Part shown: piece after piece, positions 17,155 to 25,532 of the stretch | Numbering within the stretch: the stretch's first letter is position 1 | Layout: each line of letters starts with the position of its first letter | Source: Candidatus Hydrogenedentota bacterium | Lineage (GTDB): Bacteria; Hydrogenedentota; Hydrogenedentia; Hydrogenedentales; SLHB01 | Direction: 5' to 3' | DNA length: 64,000 bases | Assembly (NCBI GenBank): GCA_963674865.2 | Contig: CAXXYE010000007.1 | Span: 339,746-403,745, forward strand | Made by a program: the position numbers and the translations under genes | The notes under the pieces: model-generated | Seen by the model: only the letters and a program-made list of their open reading frames with translations | Told to the model about the DNA's origin: nothing | The model's database searches: none

Positions 17155-19896
17155 GCCACTACTGGGGCCCGTGGGGTCGGTTACGGAACCCGAAGGATAG
17201 TCCCCGTACCAATCCTGGCACCACTCCCAAACGTTACCGTGCATATCGTAAAGCCCCCAAGCATTCGCGCTCTTCCCGCCCACGCTATGAGTCTTCCAAT
17301 CGCTGTTGCCGCTATACCATCCGTACCTACTCAGTGTGGAAGACGAATCTCCAAAGCAATACGCCGTCGTACTACCCGCACGGCACGCGTACTCCCACTC
17401 CGCCTCCGTCGGTAACCGGAAGGTGCCCTGTCCTTTAGTATTCAACTTCTTGACGAAGGCCTGGCAGTCGTCCCAAGAAACTTGCTCCACAGGTAGGTCG
17501 TCGCCCTTGAAGTGCGACGGATTATTACCCATTACCGCCTTCCACTGCGCCTGGGTTACCTCGTACTTGCCCAGCCAGAAACCCTTCGTGAGCGCTACCC
17601 GGTGCTGGGTCTCATCATCATCCCGGTTTTCCTCGCCCGCCGGGCTCCCCATCGTGAAGTCCCCAGGCGGAATCCACACCAGTTCGAGCGTCACACCCCC
17701 ACCAAGGTCGACGGATCGCGTTTGACCCGCCTTAGGCGCCTGAGCCAATAGCTTGCGCTCGGGCGTCACCTCGACGGCCTTGGCATATTGCCCCTCGGCC
17801 TTGCCATACTGCTCGGAGGCCGCGCTGTAGTCGGCGGCGGCGAAGGCCTCCTCAGCCGATGACCATGCCCGATCGCCTGCGCCCACTTCGTCCTCGGCAT
17901 ACTTCCGCTCGTCCGTGCCGATCTGTTTCTGCGACGCGAGCGCGTCTTTCCGGGCCGTGTCGGCGCTCTTCTTCGCTGCAGCGAGGCGCTCACCAGCGAT
18001 CTTCGCAGCCTCTGCGTATTTCGCCTCTGACTGCTGGTACAGGTCCTTAGCCTTATCGAAATCCGTCTCCTTGCCCGCTTCGGACATCACGCCGTCTGCG
18101 CTGGCCAGTTCGCGGGACGCATACTTCCTCACCGTATCCGTCTGGGCCTTGGCCCGCGCCCCCTCGGCCGCTTTGCGTGCCGCGGCTACAATCGCCTCGC
18201 CCTGCTGCGCCGTTTCCGAGGCCGCGAGCTTGAACAGGCCCGCCGCTTGCTTGAGCAACTCGGCGCCCTTCACGCGGTCCTCAGTCAGCAGCGCTTGTTC
18301 CTCGACCTCGATGGCCTGTTCGTAGCGCGTCTTGGCCCATGTCGCCCCGTCGAGGGCGTCGGCTGCTTCCTTTTCCTTCTCGAGGTCGGCCTTGGCCTTA
18401 TCAAATGCCGCAATCTCAGCAGATAACCTCTCGCCTTGCGCCTGCGCCTGGGCGAACAGCGCCTCCGCCTCCTGGTACTTCTCCACGGCGGCGTCAAATG
18501 CCCTCAGCCTGTCATGGGCTTCCCCGTCCTTCAGGGCCTCTGAGCCCGCTTTGAACAGTTCCTCCGCATGTTGCCCCCCCCCGGCGTCCTTAGCGGCTTG
18601 CTGGGCCGTCACGGCAGCTACCTTCGCCGAGCTGGCGTCTGCGGCCGTGGCGGAATCAGGGACTGTCCCAAGCGAGTCCGCCGAAGGCGGACGAGACGGG
18701 ACTGTCCCTAATTCCCGCGAAGCAGCGGGGCCATCCCCTGCCATGTCCGTCTCGATAGGCTGGGAGGGTCGCGGCCCTGCACGTCCGTCCGGCCCTGCGG
18801 GAGCGGGGCTCTCCCGACGCCCAATCAGGAGCACGGCCAAGGCGAAGACGACAACAGCGGCAACCCCCAGAACCGCCCATTTTGTCTTGCCTGTTCGTTG
18901 CGCCGCCCTGTCGAGCGCGTCGCGTAGAGCGGCGGCGGATTCATAGCGATCCTCCGCGCGGGGTTGAAGGCAGCACATAACCACCGAGTCAAGGGACTTG
19001 GGAACACCGGCAGCCACACGCGAGGGCAGGCCCACCGCGCCCACCGGGATCTCTCCCGTGAGCATCTGGTACAGGACCACCCCCAGGCTGTAGATATCCG
19101 CGCGGGCGTCGAGTTCTCGGAGGTGGATGCTCTGCTCGGGGGCCTGGTAATAGGCCGTGCCCAGCGCCATGCTCGACTTCGTCAGCCGGCCCGGCGACAT
19201 GAGTTTCGCCAGGCCGAAGTCCAGCACCTTGATGGCGCCGTCGGGCCGGATCATGATGTTCTGCGGCTTGAGGTCGCGGTGGATGGTGTTCTGGTGAGCG
19301 TATTCAAGGGCGTCGCAGAGCTGGCGGGTGATATCGAGCGCCTCATCGACGGGCAGCCGCCCGCCGCGTTCCTGTAATACGCGATGCAGCGTCTTCCCTT
19401 CGACATACTCCATCGTGAAGAAGTAGAAACCCCGGCGCTTGTCCGCCGCCAGGTCGTGCACCCGCACGATGTTGTCATGGCTCAACTGCTGGCTGATGGC
19501 CACCTCGGAGCGGAAGCGTTGCCGGGCCGTTTCGCTCGCCAGTAGCGAGGGCAGCATCACCTTGAGGGCTTTCTCCAGGCCCAGGTGGCGGTCCTTGACG
19601 TGGTAGACGGCACCCATGCCCCCGAACCCGAGCTGCTTCACCACCTCGAACCGTTTCGCCACCACATCGCCCGGCTTCAGCAGGACGGATTGCTGCTCAC
19701 GAATCAGGTCCGGGTCGAGTTCACTCCCCTGTGGCAGGAACGGCTTGAGCTGATCCTCCGCCCACGTCGGCGAATCTCCCGCCGACACCATCCCCGGGAC
19801 AAACTCCTCCCCCGGCGCGCCGGCTCCCTCGCCGTCGCCTTCCCACCGCGTGGGATTGTCGCCTTGACTGCTTATTTCTGGCGGTTCATGTGCCAT
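17029..19896 (-). CDS. Transmembrane Ser/Thr kinase with Ala-rich helical stalk and C-terminal FGE-sulfatase (CLec) domain (target B)
   Basis: Kinase motifs GFGGMGAVY, HRDLKPQN, DFGLAK and GTAYYQAPEQ. TM segment WAVLGVAAVVVFALAVLLIG. About 300 aa of A/E/K-rich helical repeats, then FGE motifs. Start uncertain (19896-19956). Confidence 0.93.
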   Translation of the reverse strand: MAHEPPEISSQGDNPTRWEGDGEGAGAPGEEFVPGMVSAGDSPTWAEDQLKPFLPQGSELDPDLIREQQSVLLKPGDVVAKRFEVVKQLGFGGMGAVYHVKDRHLGLEKALKVMLPSLLASETARQRFRSEVAISQQLSHDNIVRVHDLAADKRRGFYFFTMEYVEGKTLHRVLQERGGRLPVDEALDITRQLCDALEYAHQNTIHRDLKPQNIMIRPDGAIKVLDFGLAKLMSPGRLTKSSMALGTAYYQAPEQSIHLRELDARADIYSLGVVLYQMLTGEIPVGAVGLPSRVAAGVPKSLDSVVMCCLQPRAEDRYESAAALRDALDRAAQRTGKTKWAVLGVAAVVVFALAVLLIGRRESPAPAGPDGRAGPRPSQPIETDMAGDGPAASRELGTVPSRPPSADSLGTVPDSATAADASSAKVAAVTAQQAAKDAGGGQHAEELFKAGSEALKDGEAHDRLRAFDAAVEKYQEAEALFAQAQAQGERLSAEIAAFDKAKADLEKEKEAADALDGATWAKTRYEQAIEVEEQALLTEDRVKGAELLKQAAGLFKLAASETAQQGEAIVAAARKAAEGARAKAQTDTVRKYASRELASADGVMSEAGKETDFDKAKDLYQQSEAKYAEAAKIAGERLAAAKKSADTARKDALASQKQIGTDERKYAEDEVGAGDRAWSSAEEAFAAADYSAASEQYGKAEGQYAKAVEVTPERKLLAQAPKAGQTRSVDLGGGVTLELVWIPPGDFTMGSPAGEENRDDDETQHRVALTKGFWLGKYEVTQAQWKAVMGNNPSHFKGDDLPVEQVSWDDCQAFVKKLNTKGQGTFRLPTEAEWEYACRAGSTTAYCFGDSSSTLSRYGWYSGNSDWKTHSVGGKSANAWGLYDMHGNVWEWCQDWYGDYPSGSVTDPTGPSSGSRRVFRGGSWFDAPRLCRSANRSRSVPGGWHCSLGFRLARP

Positions 19897-20002
19897 TTCG
19901 GAAATTGCCCACGTATCTCTCCTTGACGACCGAACCGCACTCTGTCTGGGCCACAAACTCTAAGTAAGCGTCGCCGCTCTTGAGCAAGGACCTCGTTCTT
20001 AC

Positions 20003-20932
20003 TTAGGCAGCGTACGCCTCGCGTTCCCGGTTACGCTCAAGAGTACTGAGGACCAAGAGATTGTAGCTCCAAGCCAGCACAACGGCCAGCGTGAAGACGA
20101 CCCCGAGCCAAACAGTCCCAAGCCGGAAGCCCATAAGACTCCAAGTTACCAGAGCGTCAACAGAAGTCAGTGCACCCAGGCAGGTGAAGTTAACGAAATT
20201 TGATTCGCGTTCAAGTTGCTCGCGCCAGAAAGGCGCCGTGCAGATGGGCAGCAATACCACAAAGAGAAGCCAACCGCTCAGCCGCAGACTTGCTCCTCCT
20301 CGCTTGCCAGGCTGCCGACCGATGTCCACGTGGGCGAAGACCATTCCGCTCTGGTTCTTGAAGGTACGGCGGAAAACGGGCACGGCCGAGCCTTTGCCGG
20401 CGACTTCGATAGCCGCCCGTAGGGAGGCGATGCCGTTCAGGGTCCTGAAGTCTTCAACAACGCCATAGACAACATAGTCCAGTCCGGCCTCTCGAGCGAC
20501 TCCGAGTGCGGCGCCCGTCGTTGCCACGGGACGGCCCTTCCACGCGTCCGCCGCCGCCGCTTTGACGATCCCTAGCCGGGCGGCCTTCGCCGCAACCTGG
20601 TCTCGCAGCCCCGCCAGCATGGAATCCGTGACAAGTCTGCAATTGGTGCCCGATTGAAGTGCCGATTCGATGCGTGTGCGAAGGTGGTCGCCCTGGTCTC
20701 CCTGCAGCCGCTCGACCTTCACATACTTGCCCGACCAGGCGCTGTTCGCATAAGCCCCCAAAGCCTCGCCGACGTCTGCCGCGACGCGGTCGGCGGCCTC
20801 GGCGCGGGCGGGGTCGAGGGGCGATGTTGACGGCCGGATAATCAGGTATCCCTGCAACACCAGGAACAGTGCCAGCAGGATGGCCCCGTACTTGCCCGTT
20901 CCGAACTGAAGGAGTCTTGTGAGCCCTAGCAT
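20003..20932 (-). CDS. Membrane protein: N-terminal TM, CsgG/LpoB-like alpha/beta domain, three C-terminal TMs
   Basis: Hydrophobic aa 16-32. AGLDYVVYGVVEDF..SLRAAIEV pattern. Three hydrophobic segments after aa 215. Confidence 0.6.
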   Translation of the reverse strand: MLGLTRLLQFGTGKYGAILLALFLVLQGYLIIRPSTSPLDPARAEAADRVAADVGEALGAYANSAWSGKYVKVERLQGDQGDHLRTRIESALQSGTNCRLVTDSMLAGLRDQVAAKAARLGIVKAAAADAWKGRPVATTGAALGVAREAGLDYVVYGVVEDFRTLNGIASLRAAIEVAGKGSAVPVFRRTFKNQSGMVFAHVDIGRQPGKRGGASLRLSGWLLFVVLLPICTAPFWREQLERESNFVNFTCLGALTSVDALVTWSLMGFRLGTVWLGVVFTLAVVLAWSYNLLVLSTLERNREREAYAA

Positions 20933-20956
20933 GGCTATGCTCCCATTCGCCGGCTG

Positions 20957-21616
20957 TTACCTTGGTGTGGCGGCCCTGCGATAGGCCGCCACGACCAGCA
21001 AGAAAACCAAGAACGCCCCGAGCACGATCAGGGCGAATCGATGACTGACGATGAAGACCGCAACGCGGTCTGCGGGCGCAAGCGGAGTCAGTTCCTCGAC
21101 GGCTCCCTCGACCTGCTCGCTCCAAAGCAGGCTGCCGGGGTTTTCCTCGGCCAGGCTTGCGAGGTTCAGCATAAGACGAACCGTCGCCCGCTGGCCTTCC
21201 TGTCCACTTTCTTGAATGGCCTCGACATCGGCCTTCTCGACCGTGCCAAACAAAAGTGCGTCAACACCTTGGACGCGCAATTCGTGCGCCGTCTCCTGCA
21301 GGATGATGTCCTCTCGCTTGACCTGGCGCACGAACTCGTCCGCTAGAGGCCCCCAGTCCACATCACTGGTCAGGACGACGTCGAACGCCGTCTTAGTCAG
21401 CATGCTTTGCACCAGGGCCGTGACGTTCCCCGGGTCGTTTTCCAGCGTCGCTACGCCGACCCGCGTCACGCCTTCCACCTTCGACGCCTGTGCCAGCGAC
21501 GCTTTGGCCGCATCAAGCGCGTCGAGCGTTGCGGCGTTCAGCAGGTCCGCCTCATCCGCAGCGGCCGCACCCCATACAACGAACCCCGTAACCAGAACCG
21601 CTGTTATTCCGCGCAT
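20957..21616 (-). CDS. Exported CsgG/LpoB/TolB-N-like protein with C-terminal TM anchor
   Basis: Signal peptide. RVGVATLEND...GVDALLFGTV...VRLMLNL...LLWSEQVEG. C-terminal TM followed by RR. AAGGAG RBS before ATG 21616. Confidence 0.6.
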   Translation of the reverse strand: MRGITAVLVTGFVVWGAAAADEADLLNAATLDALDAAKASLAQASKVEGVTRVGVATLENDPGNVTALVQSMLTKTAFDVVLTSDVDWGPLADEFVRQVKREDIILQETAHELRVQGVDALLFGTVEKADVEAIQESGQEGQRATVRLMLNLASLAEENPGSLLWSEQVEGAVEELTPLAPADRVAVFIVSHRFALIVLGAFLVFLLVVAAYRRAATPR

Positions 21617-21706
21617 GTTAGGTCTCCTTCTCAAAGCCGATTCCGGGAGCTTTGTGACTTTCCCGTCCCACCTTCCTCGGTCCTATGTCTTCACGATACT
21701 ATACCA

Positions 21707-21722
21707 GGCAAAGTGCGTGCCA
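21707..21722 (-). promoter_or_regulatory. sigma-54 promoter motif
   Basis: Minus strand TGGCACGCACTTTGCC, in the gap between the AAA gene and the membrane-protein genes. Confidence 0.7.
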
Positions 21723-21749
21723 GCGTGTAACACCATCTGCCTGAGGCGG

Positions 21750-22901
21750 CTATGCCGCCATATGCTCGTCGCGAAACTTCGCCAGCTTGGCCAGTTCCGC
21801 AGGGCGGATTGACGGCCGCACCCGCTGCAGCGCGGCGTCGAAGTCGGCCATGGTAACAGGCTCCGGGTCGTTGACGGACCCGAAAGCTCCGTCGTGACGC
21901 TGGAGCGTGCGCTTCAGAGCCGCCATCTTTGCTTCGACGCAAAGGCTGTCGCGCTCCCCGGCGATGTCGGCGCCGGAGTAGCCTTCACAGCGGCCCGCTA
22001 GAGTCGCGTAGTCCAGACCTTCTACAGGCGTATTATCCATCGCCCGCTCGATCATGTAAGCTCGAGCGTTTTGATCCGGCAGCCCCACGTAGACCAGCCG
22101 GCCAAAACGTCCCGGCCGTGTCGCCGCCTCGTCCATTAGCCACGGCCTGTTGGTCGCCCCTAGGAGAATGACGCAGTTCCGTGTGGGGTCCAGTCCGTTG
22201 ATGAGTTGAAGTAATTGCGGTACAACCCGGGCCATAACGGATGAATTAGTCGCCGCCCGTTTGGGGAACAAGGCCTCCGCTTCGTCAAAGAAGATCACGG
22301 TGCGTGGGTGGCTCCTCGCCGCATCAAAGAGCTGGCCAAGCAATTGCTCCGTTTCCCCGAACCATTTGCTCAGCACGCGCTTCATTTCGACCGGGATGAA
22401 CGCCGCGTCGACCTCGCCCGCGATGGCCCGCGCCATGAAGGTTTTGCCCGTTCCCGGGGGACCATACATCAGCACCCCCGAGCCAGGCCGAAGCCGGTAC
22501 TCCGCGTACACGTCGGCGTGCTTAATGGGCAGGATGATGTGGCTGTGAATAACCTCCTTGACCTCATCCATGCCCGCCACGTCGTCTAAACGCGTGTCCG
22601 GCCGCTCCGTGGCAACCCACGCTCCGGGTTCCCGTGTGACCTCGCCCGTCCCGTCGCTCGTGACCCGGGTAGCCGGCTTACCCCCTCGGTTCCGGGTCAG
22701 TGCTTTGTCGCCTTGCGCCTCGTAACGCTTGGCAAGGCGGATGAGACTGCCCCGTGTGCGTCCCGCACTGTTCTGAGCCATGCACAGACTCATGCGGGAG
22801 GCGTTGAAGAGGTTGTAGGCCACCATGCGCCAGTCGTTGCGGTCCAACGCCGTTTTGACTTGGCCTTCAGCCAGCCGTCGTTCTCGTTCGTAGTCCATCA
22901 C
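21750..22901 (-). CDS. Vps4/CdvC-like single-domain AAA+ ATPase with MIT-like N-terminus
   Basis: ERPDTRLDDVAGMDEVK..IILP, Walker A GPPGTGKT, pore loop SKWFGETE, Walker B IFFDE and SRH GATNRPW..D.A..RPGRF. Vps4_C-like tail PVTMADFDAALQRVRPSI..ELAKLAKF. N-terminal helical region of about 70 aa. AAA+ is certain; the Vps4 subfamily call is by eye and context. Confidence 0.8.
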   Translation of the reverse strand: MMDYERERRLAEGQVKTALDRNDWRMVAYNLFNASRMSLCMAQNSAGRTRGSLIRLAKRYEAQGDKALTRNRGGKPATRVTSDGTGEVTREPGAWVATERPDTRLDDVAGMDEVKEVIHSHIILPIKHADVYAEYRLRPGSGVLMYGPPGTGKTFMARAIAGEVDAAFIPVEMKRVLSKWFGETEQLLGQLFDAARSHPRTVIFFDEAEALFPKRAATNSSVMARVVPQLLQLINGLDPTRNCVILLGATNRPWLMDEAATRPGRFGRLVYVGLPDQNARAYMIERAMDNTPVEGLDYATLAGRCEGYSGADIAGERDSLCVEAKMAALKRTLQRHDGAFGSVNDPEPVTMADFDAALQRVRPSIRPAELAKLAKFRDEHMAA

Positions 22902-22910
22902 GCGTCTCCC

Positions 22911-23546
22911 TTAAGCCAGCGCTTCATCCATCTTGCGCTCCAGGTCGGCGTCCATACGGGCCAAGCCGGCTTCCTGACCATCCGCGGCGTCGCCCTCGAT
23001 AGCGCCTGCCGCCTCGTTCACCACTTGGGCGTAGGCGTCCTGTTCCTCCTCGTCAAGCGCCGCGCTCGACGCGGGCGCCGCCACATCGACCAAACTGGTC
23101 TCCGTCCATGGCTCGACCAGATCCTGGTTGCGCTGGGCAAGCTCCGTAAGCCGTTCGCGGACCTCATCCGGATCGACGCTTTCCCGGGCGAGCTCCTCGA
23201 TTCGTGCCACGACCTCCATCCCGCGGACAAATTCGTCATAGTTGTCCTTTACCTGAACCTGTTCCAGCGTGTACTCCATATTGTTGACCGCCAGCGTGCG
23301 CGCAACGGCTTCCTTATCAATCTGCACGAGTTGCCGCACCATCTGTTTGGCCAGCCCGGGCTTGCCCTGACGCTCATAAACCACGGCTTTGCGCCTCATC
23401 TCCTCGGCCTTGGCCTGGCGCTTCGCCACACTGCGGCGTTCGCGACGGACCGCGGTCCTGGCCTTGGTAAGCGCCTGTCGGCGCCTTCGGGCGCGCTCGG
23501 CCTCCCGGCGGCGCCGCGACTTCAGTAGGTGGCTCCAAGTACTCAT
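22911..23546 (-). CDS. Snf7/ESCRT-III-like protein (Vps2/Vps24/Did2-like pattern)
   Basis: Basic helical N-terminus and acidic C-terminus. KAVVYERQGKPGLAKQMVRQLVQ resembles the ESCRT-III helix1-2 turn. Tail DADLERKMDEALA is MIM1-like. GGAGG RBS before ATG 23546. Confidence 0.65.
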   Translation of the reverse strand: MSTWSHLLKSRRRREAERARRRRQALTKARTAVRRERRSVAKRQAKAEEMRRKAVVYERQGKPGLAKQMVRQLVQIDKEAVARTLAVNNMEYTLEQVQVKDNYDEFVRGMEVVARIEELARESVDPDEVRERLTELAQRNQDLVEPWTETSLVDVAAPASSAALDEEEQDAYAQVVNEAAGAIEGDAADGQEAGLARMDADLERKMDEALA

Positions 23547-23570
23547 GTCCCTTATCCTCCACATTGGCCG

Positions 23571-24236
23571 CTACGCAGTCTCCGCGTAGAGCCGGTTTTC
23601 AAGATCACTGACCACTTCGCTCCCTTTCACCGGCGACCGCTCTTGCTCATTGGGCCCGTCGTCCGTGTAGACCGCCGAGAGACGATTCTCCACTTCGGCC
23701 ACACTCACTTCCTCCCCCGTGTCGAAGGCCCCGGCCGATTCAAGCTCGGCTGCCGCGTCAGAAGCACCTTCCTGTGCGACGACGGCTTCTTCCAGGTGGG
23801 CCGCGATGGCCTCGATCACCTCAGCGTCAACGCCGCGCTCGCCCATCGCCCTCGCCCTGCGTACTTGCTTGACGAGTTCCGTCAGCATCCGGCCGTTCGC
23901 GCTGTGGATCTTCGCCGCCTCGTCCTCCGACTCTAGTTCGCGCATGAACCCCTCGGCCTGGCGCAGCAGGTTCTGCCTAACTACCTTGATCTTCGCGTTT
24001 CTGGCCGCTTCGAGTAGCGCCTCGACCCGCTTCGCCAGGGGCTCAAGCCGCTCCAAGACCTCCTGCTGCCGCTTCCGGCTGCGTGCCCTCAGCACCACCA
24101 ACTGCGCGTCGAGTGACTCCCAGTCGGCGGCGTAGTCAATCATCTGGGCCAGGTCAGCCAACCCGCTCTCAGGACGGACCCGAGCGGCGCGAGCCGCTTC
24201 CTTCAGGGCCTGCTTAAAGCGATAGAAAATGTCCAT
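23571..24236 (-). CDS. Second ESCRT-III/PspA-superfamily-like helical protein
   Basis: 221 aa, all-helical, basic N-half and acidic C-half. Two MIM1-like motifs, AEVENRLSAV and SDLENRLYAE. Tightly linked to the previous gene. Confidence 0.55.
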   Translation of the reverse strand: MDIFYRFKQALKEAARAARVRPESGLADLAQMIDYAADWESLDAQLVVLRARSRKRQQEVLERLEPLAKRVEALLEAARNAKIKVVRQNLLRQAEGFMRELESEDEAAKIHSANGRMLTELVKQVRRARAMGERGVDAEVIEAIAAHLEEAVVAQEGASDAAAELESAGAFDTGEEVSVAEVENRLSAVYTDDGPNEQERSPVKGSEVVSDLENRLYAETA

Positions 24237-24259
24237 GAGACCTCTCCCCGAACCGTTGC

Positions 24260-25489
24260 TCAGTTGAAATCCAAAAGCCAGTCGTTGTTTTCCGGGTCCT
24301 CACACAGTACATAGGCCCGGTCATTGCGCTGAATCGCCCTGAACGCGTCGAGGACGAGCCGCGGGGCAACGTCAAATTCCTTCGACACGGAGGCGGCACT
24401 CAAGGGGAACTGCTCCACGGGAAGCGCCTTTACATTCTCAACGCACGACTCGATTTTCTCGGCGTCACCTTGTGTGTCAAACAAACCCTCGACAAATCCG
24501 GCTAGATCCGACTGTTCGAGTCGATGGCGAATGTCCCAGCCGCCCTGGTTGGAGGGACTGACGAGGACTACGTTTGGAGGCAGTGGTATCGAGTCCGACC
24601 AGCCCGCCGGACTGAAAAGGATGTTGACCGCCTCCGAAGGGCATTTTGCAGAGACACCTTCTAGGGCCGCGTTGAGGCCCCCCAACCCGACTGGTTGAGC
24701 GATGAAGCCATGCTCCAGCATCTCTTGCAGTGGCGCATAACTGGAAGCTGCAATATAGAGCCGTTTGGGCCGCCGGAAGGGGCTCCTGCGGCCTTCTCTT
24801 GGGCGCACCTCAAAAAGTCGGCCTCGGTTGGCGGGAAGCTCCTTTGACCGTTCCTTTAATGCGTCCCCCAGCGGATGCTTCAGAAGGAAGTCTCGCGGCA
24901 CGTCGGCCGTGTGCCACGTATCGAGCTCAATCACCTTGGCACGCTTGAAAGAGCGGCCCGTATGCGATTGGGGGCCGCCTCGCAGTGAACCGTCAAGAAA
25001 CCCGTGAAACAGGGATTCCAAATGGCGGGCCTGGTTAAGTGTTACCGCACCGTCGGGCTGGCGTTCAGGAAGTCGGCACAGCCGCTCTTGACACTCGAGG
25101 CAGTACTTGCGAGCCGATACAGTGTTCGCACTGCGCGGCAAGGGCTTGCCGCACCCCGCGCACGATGCTACCGTTTTTTTCTCGGGCCCTAGGCAGGCTA
25201 TCGCCGACCGCCTCCCCAGATGTAAATCTTGTCGGGGGACCGTGGCATTTGAGTGGCAAGAGCACTGCCTTTGGCCCGAATGCCAGCACTTGTAGCAGAT
25301 GAACTCGCCGCATACGCTGCACGAACCACGCCGCGAAAGGCCGCTAACAATGACTTCGTGACACGCCGCGCAGACCTTAGCCTCTTGCAAGCCGGCGTGG
25401 AGTCCGTCTCCGCATTCTCGACGGTCTTTGAGCGGGTATGGGATGCCTGGTGCTAAGCCCAACCGTGTCTGTCTCGTTATGGTGTCCAT
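24260..25489 (-). CDS. Cys-rich Zn-finger (FYVE-like spacing) protein with putative C-terminal winged helix
   Basis: CAAC-x13-CSVCGEFICYKC..CSCH and CAGC...CLEC. C-terminal LSAASVSKEFDVAPRLVLDAFRAI..YVLCE..WLLDF looks like HTH plus a beta wing. ATG 25489. Confidence 0.55.
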   Translation of the reverse strand: MDTITRQTRLGLAPGIPYPLKDRRECGDGLHAGLQEAKVCAACHEVIVSGLSRRGSCSVCGEFICYKCWHSGQRQCSCHSNATVPRQDLHLGRRSAIACLGPEKKTVASCAGCGKPLPRSANTVSARKYCLECQERLCRLPERQPDGAVTLNQARHLESLFHGFLDGSLRGGPQSHTGRSFKRAKVIELDTWHTADVPRDFLLKHPLGDALKERSKELPANRGRLFEVRPREGRRSPFRRPKRLYIAASSYAPLQEMLEHGFIAQPVGLGGLNAALEGVSAKCPSEAVNILFSPAGWSDSIPLPPNVVLVSPSNQGGWDIRHRLEQSDLAGFVEGLFDTQGDAEKIESCVENVKALPVEQFPLSAASVSKEFDVAPRLVLDAFRAIQRNDRAYVLCEDPENNDWLLDFN

Positions 25490-25532
25490 TTGTGTCCTGC
25501 TCCAATTGGGTGCCAAAAGCTACTCCGCATGG

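Noticed and set aside
16857..17159. N-terminal extension of the 232-aa ORF 16461-17159
   Set aside because: It overlaps the kinase B 3' end and repeats in another frame. The GxxExxY domain starts at ATG 16856.
21750..22901. FtsH, Cdc48 or proteasomal ATPase identity for the AAA protein
   Set aside because: It has no TM or protease domain, only one AAA module, and no OB/coiled-coil N-domain. The tail and gene context fit Vps4-like better, pending phylogeny.
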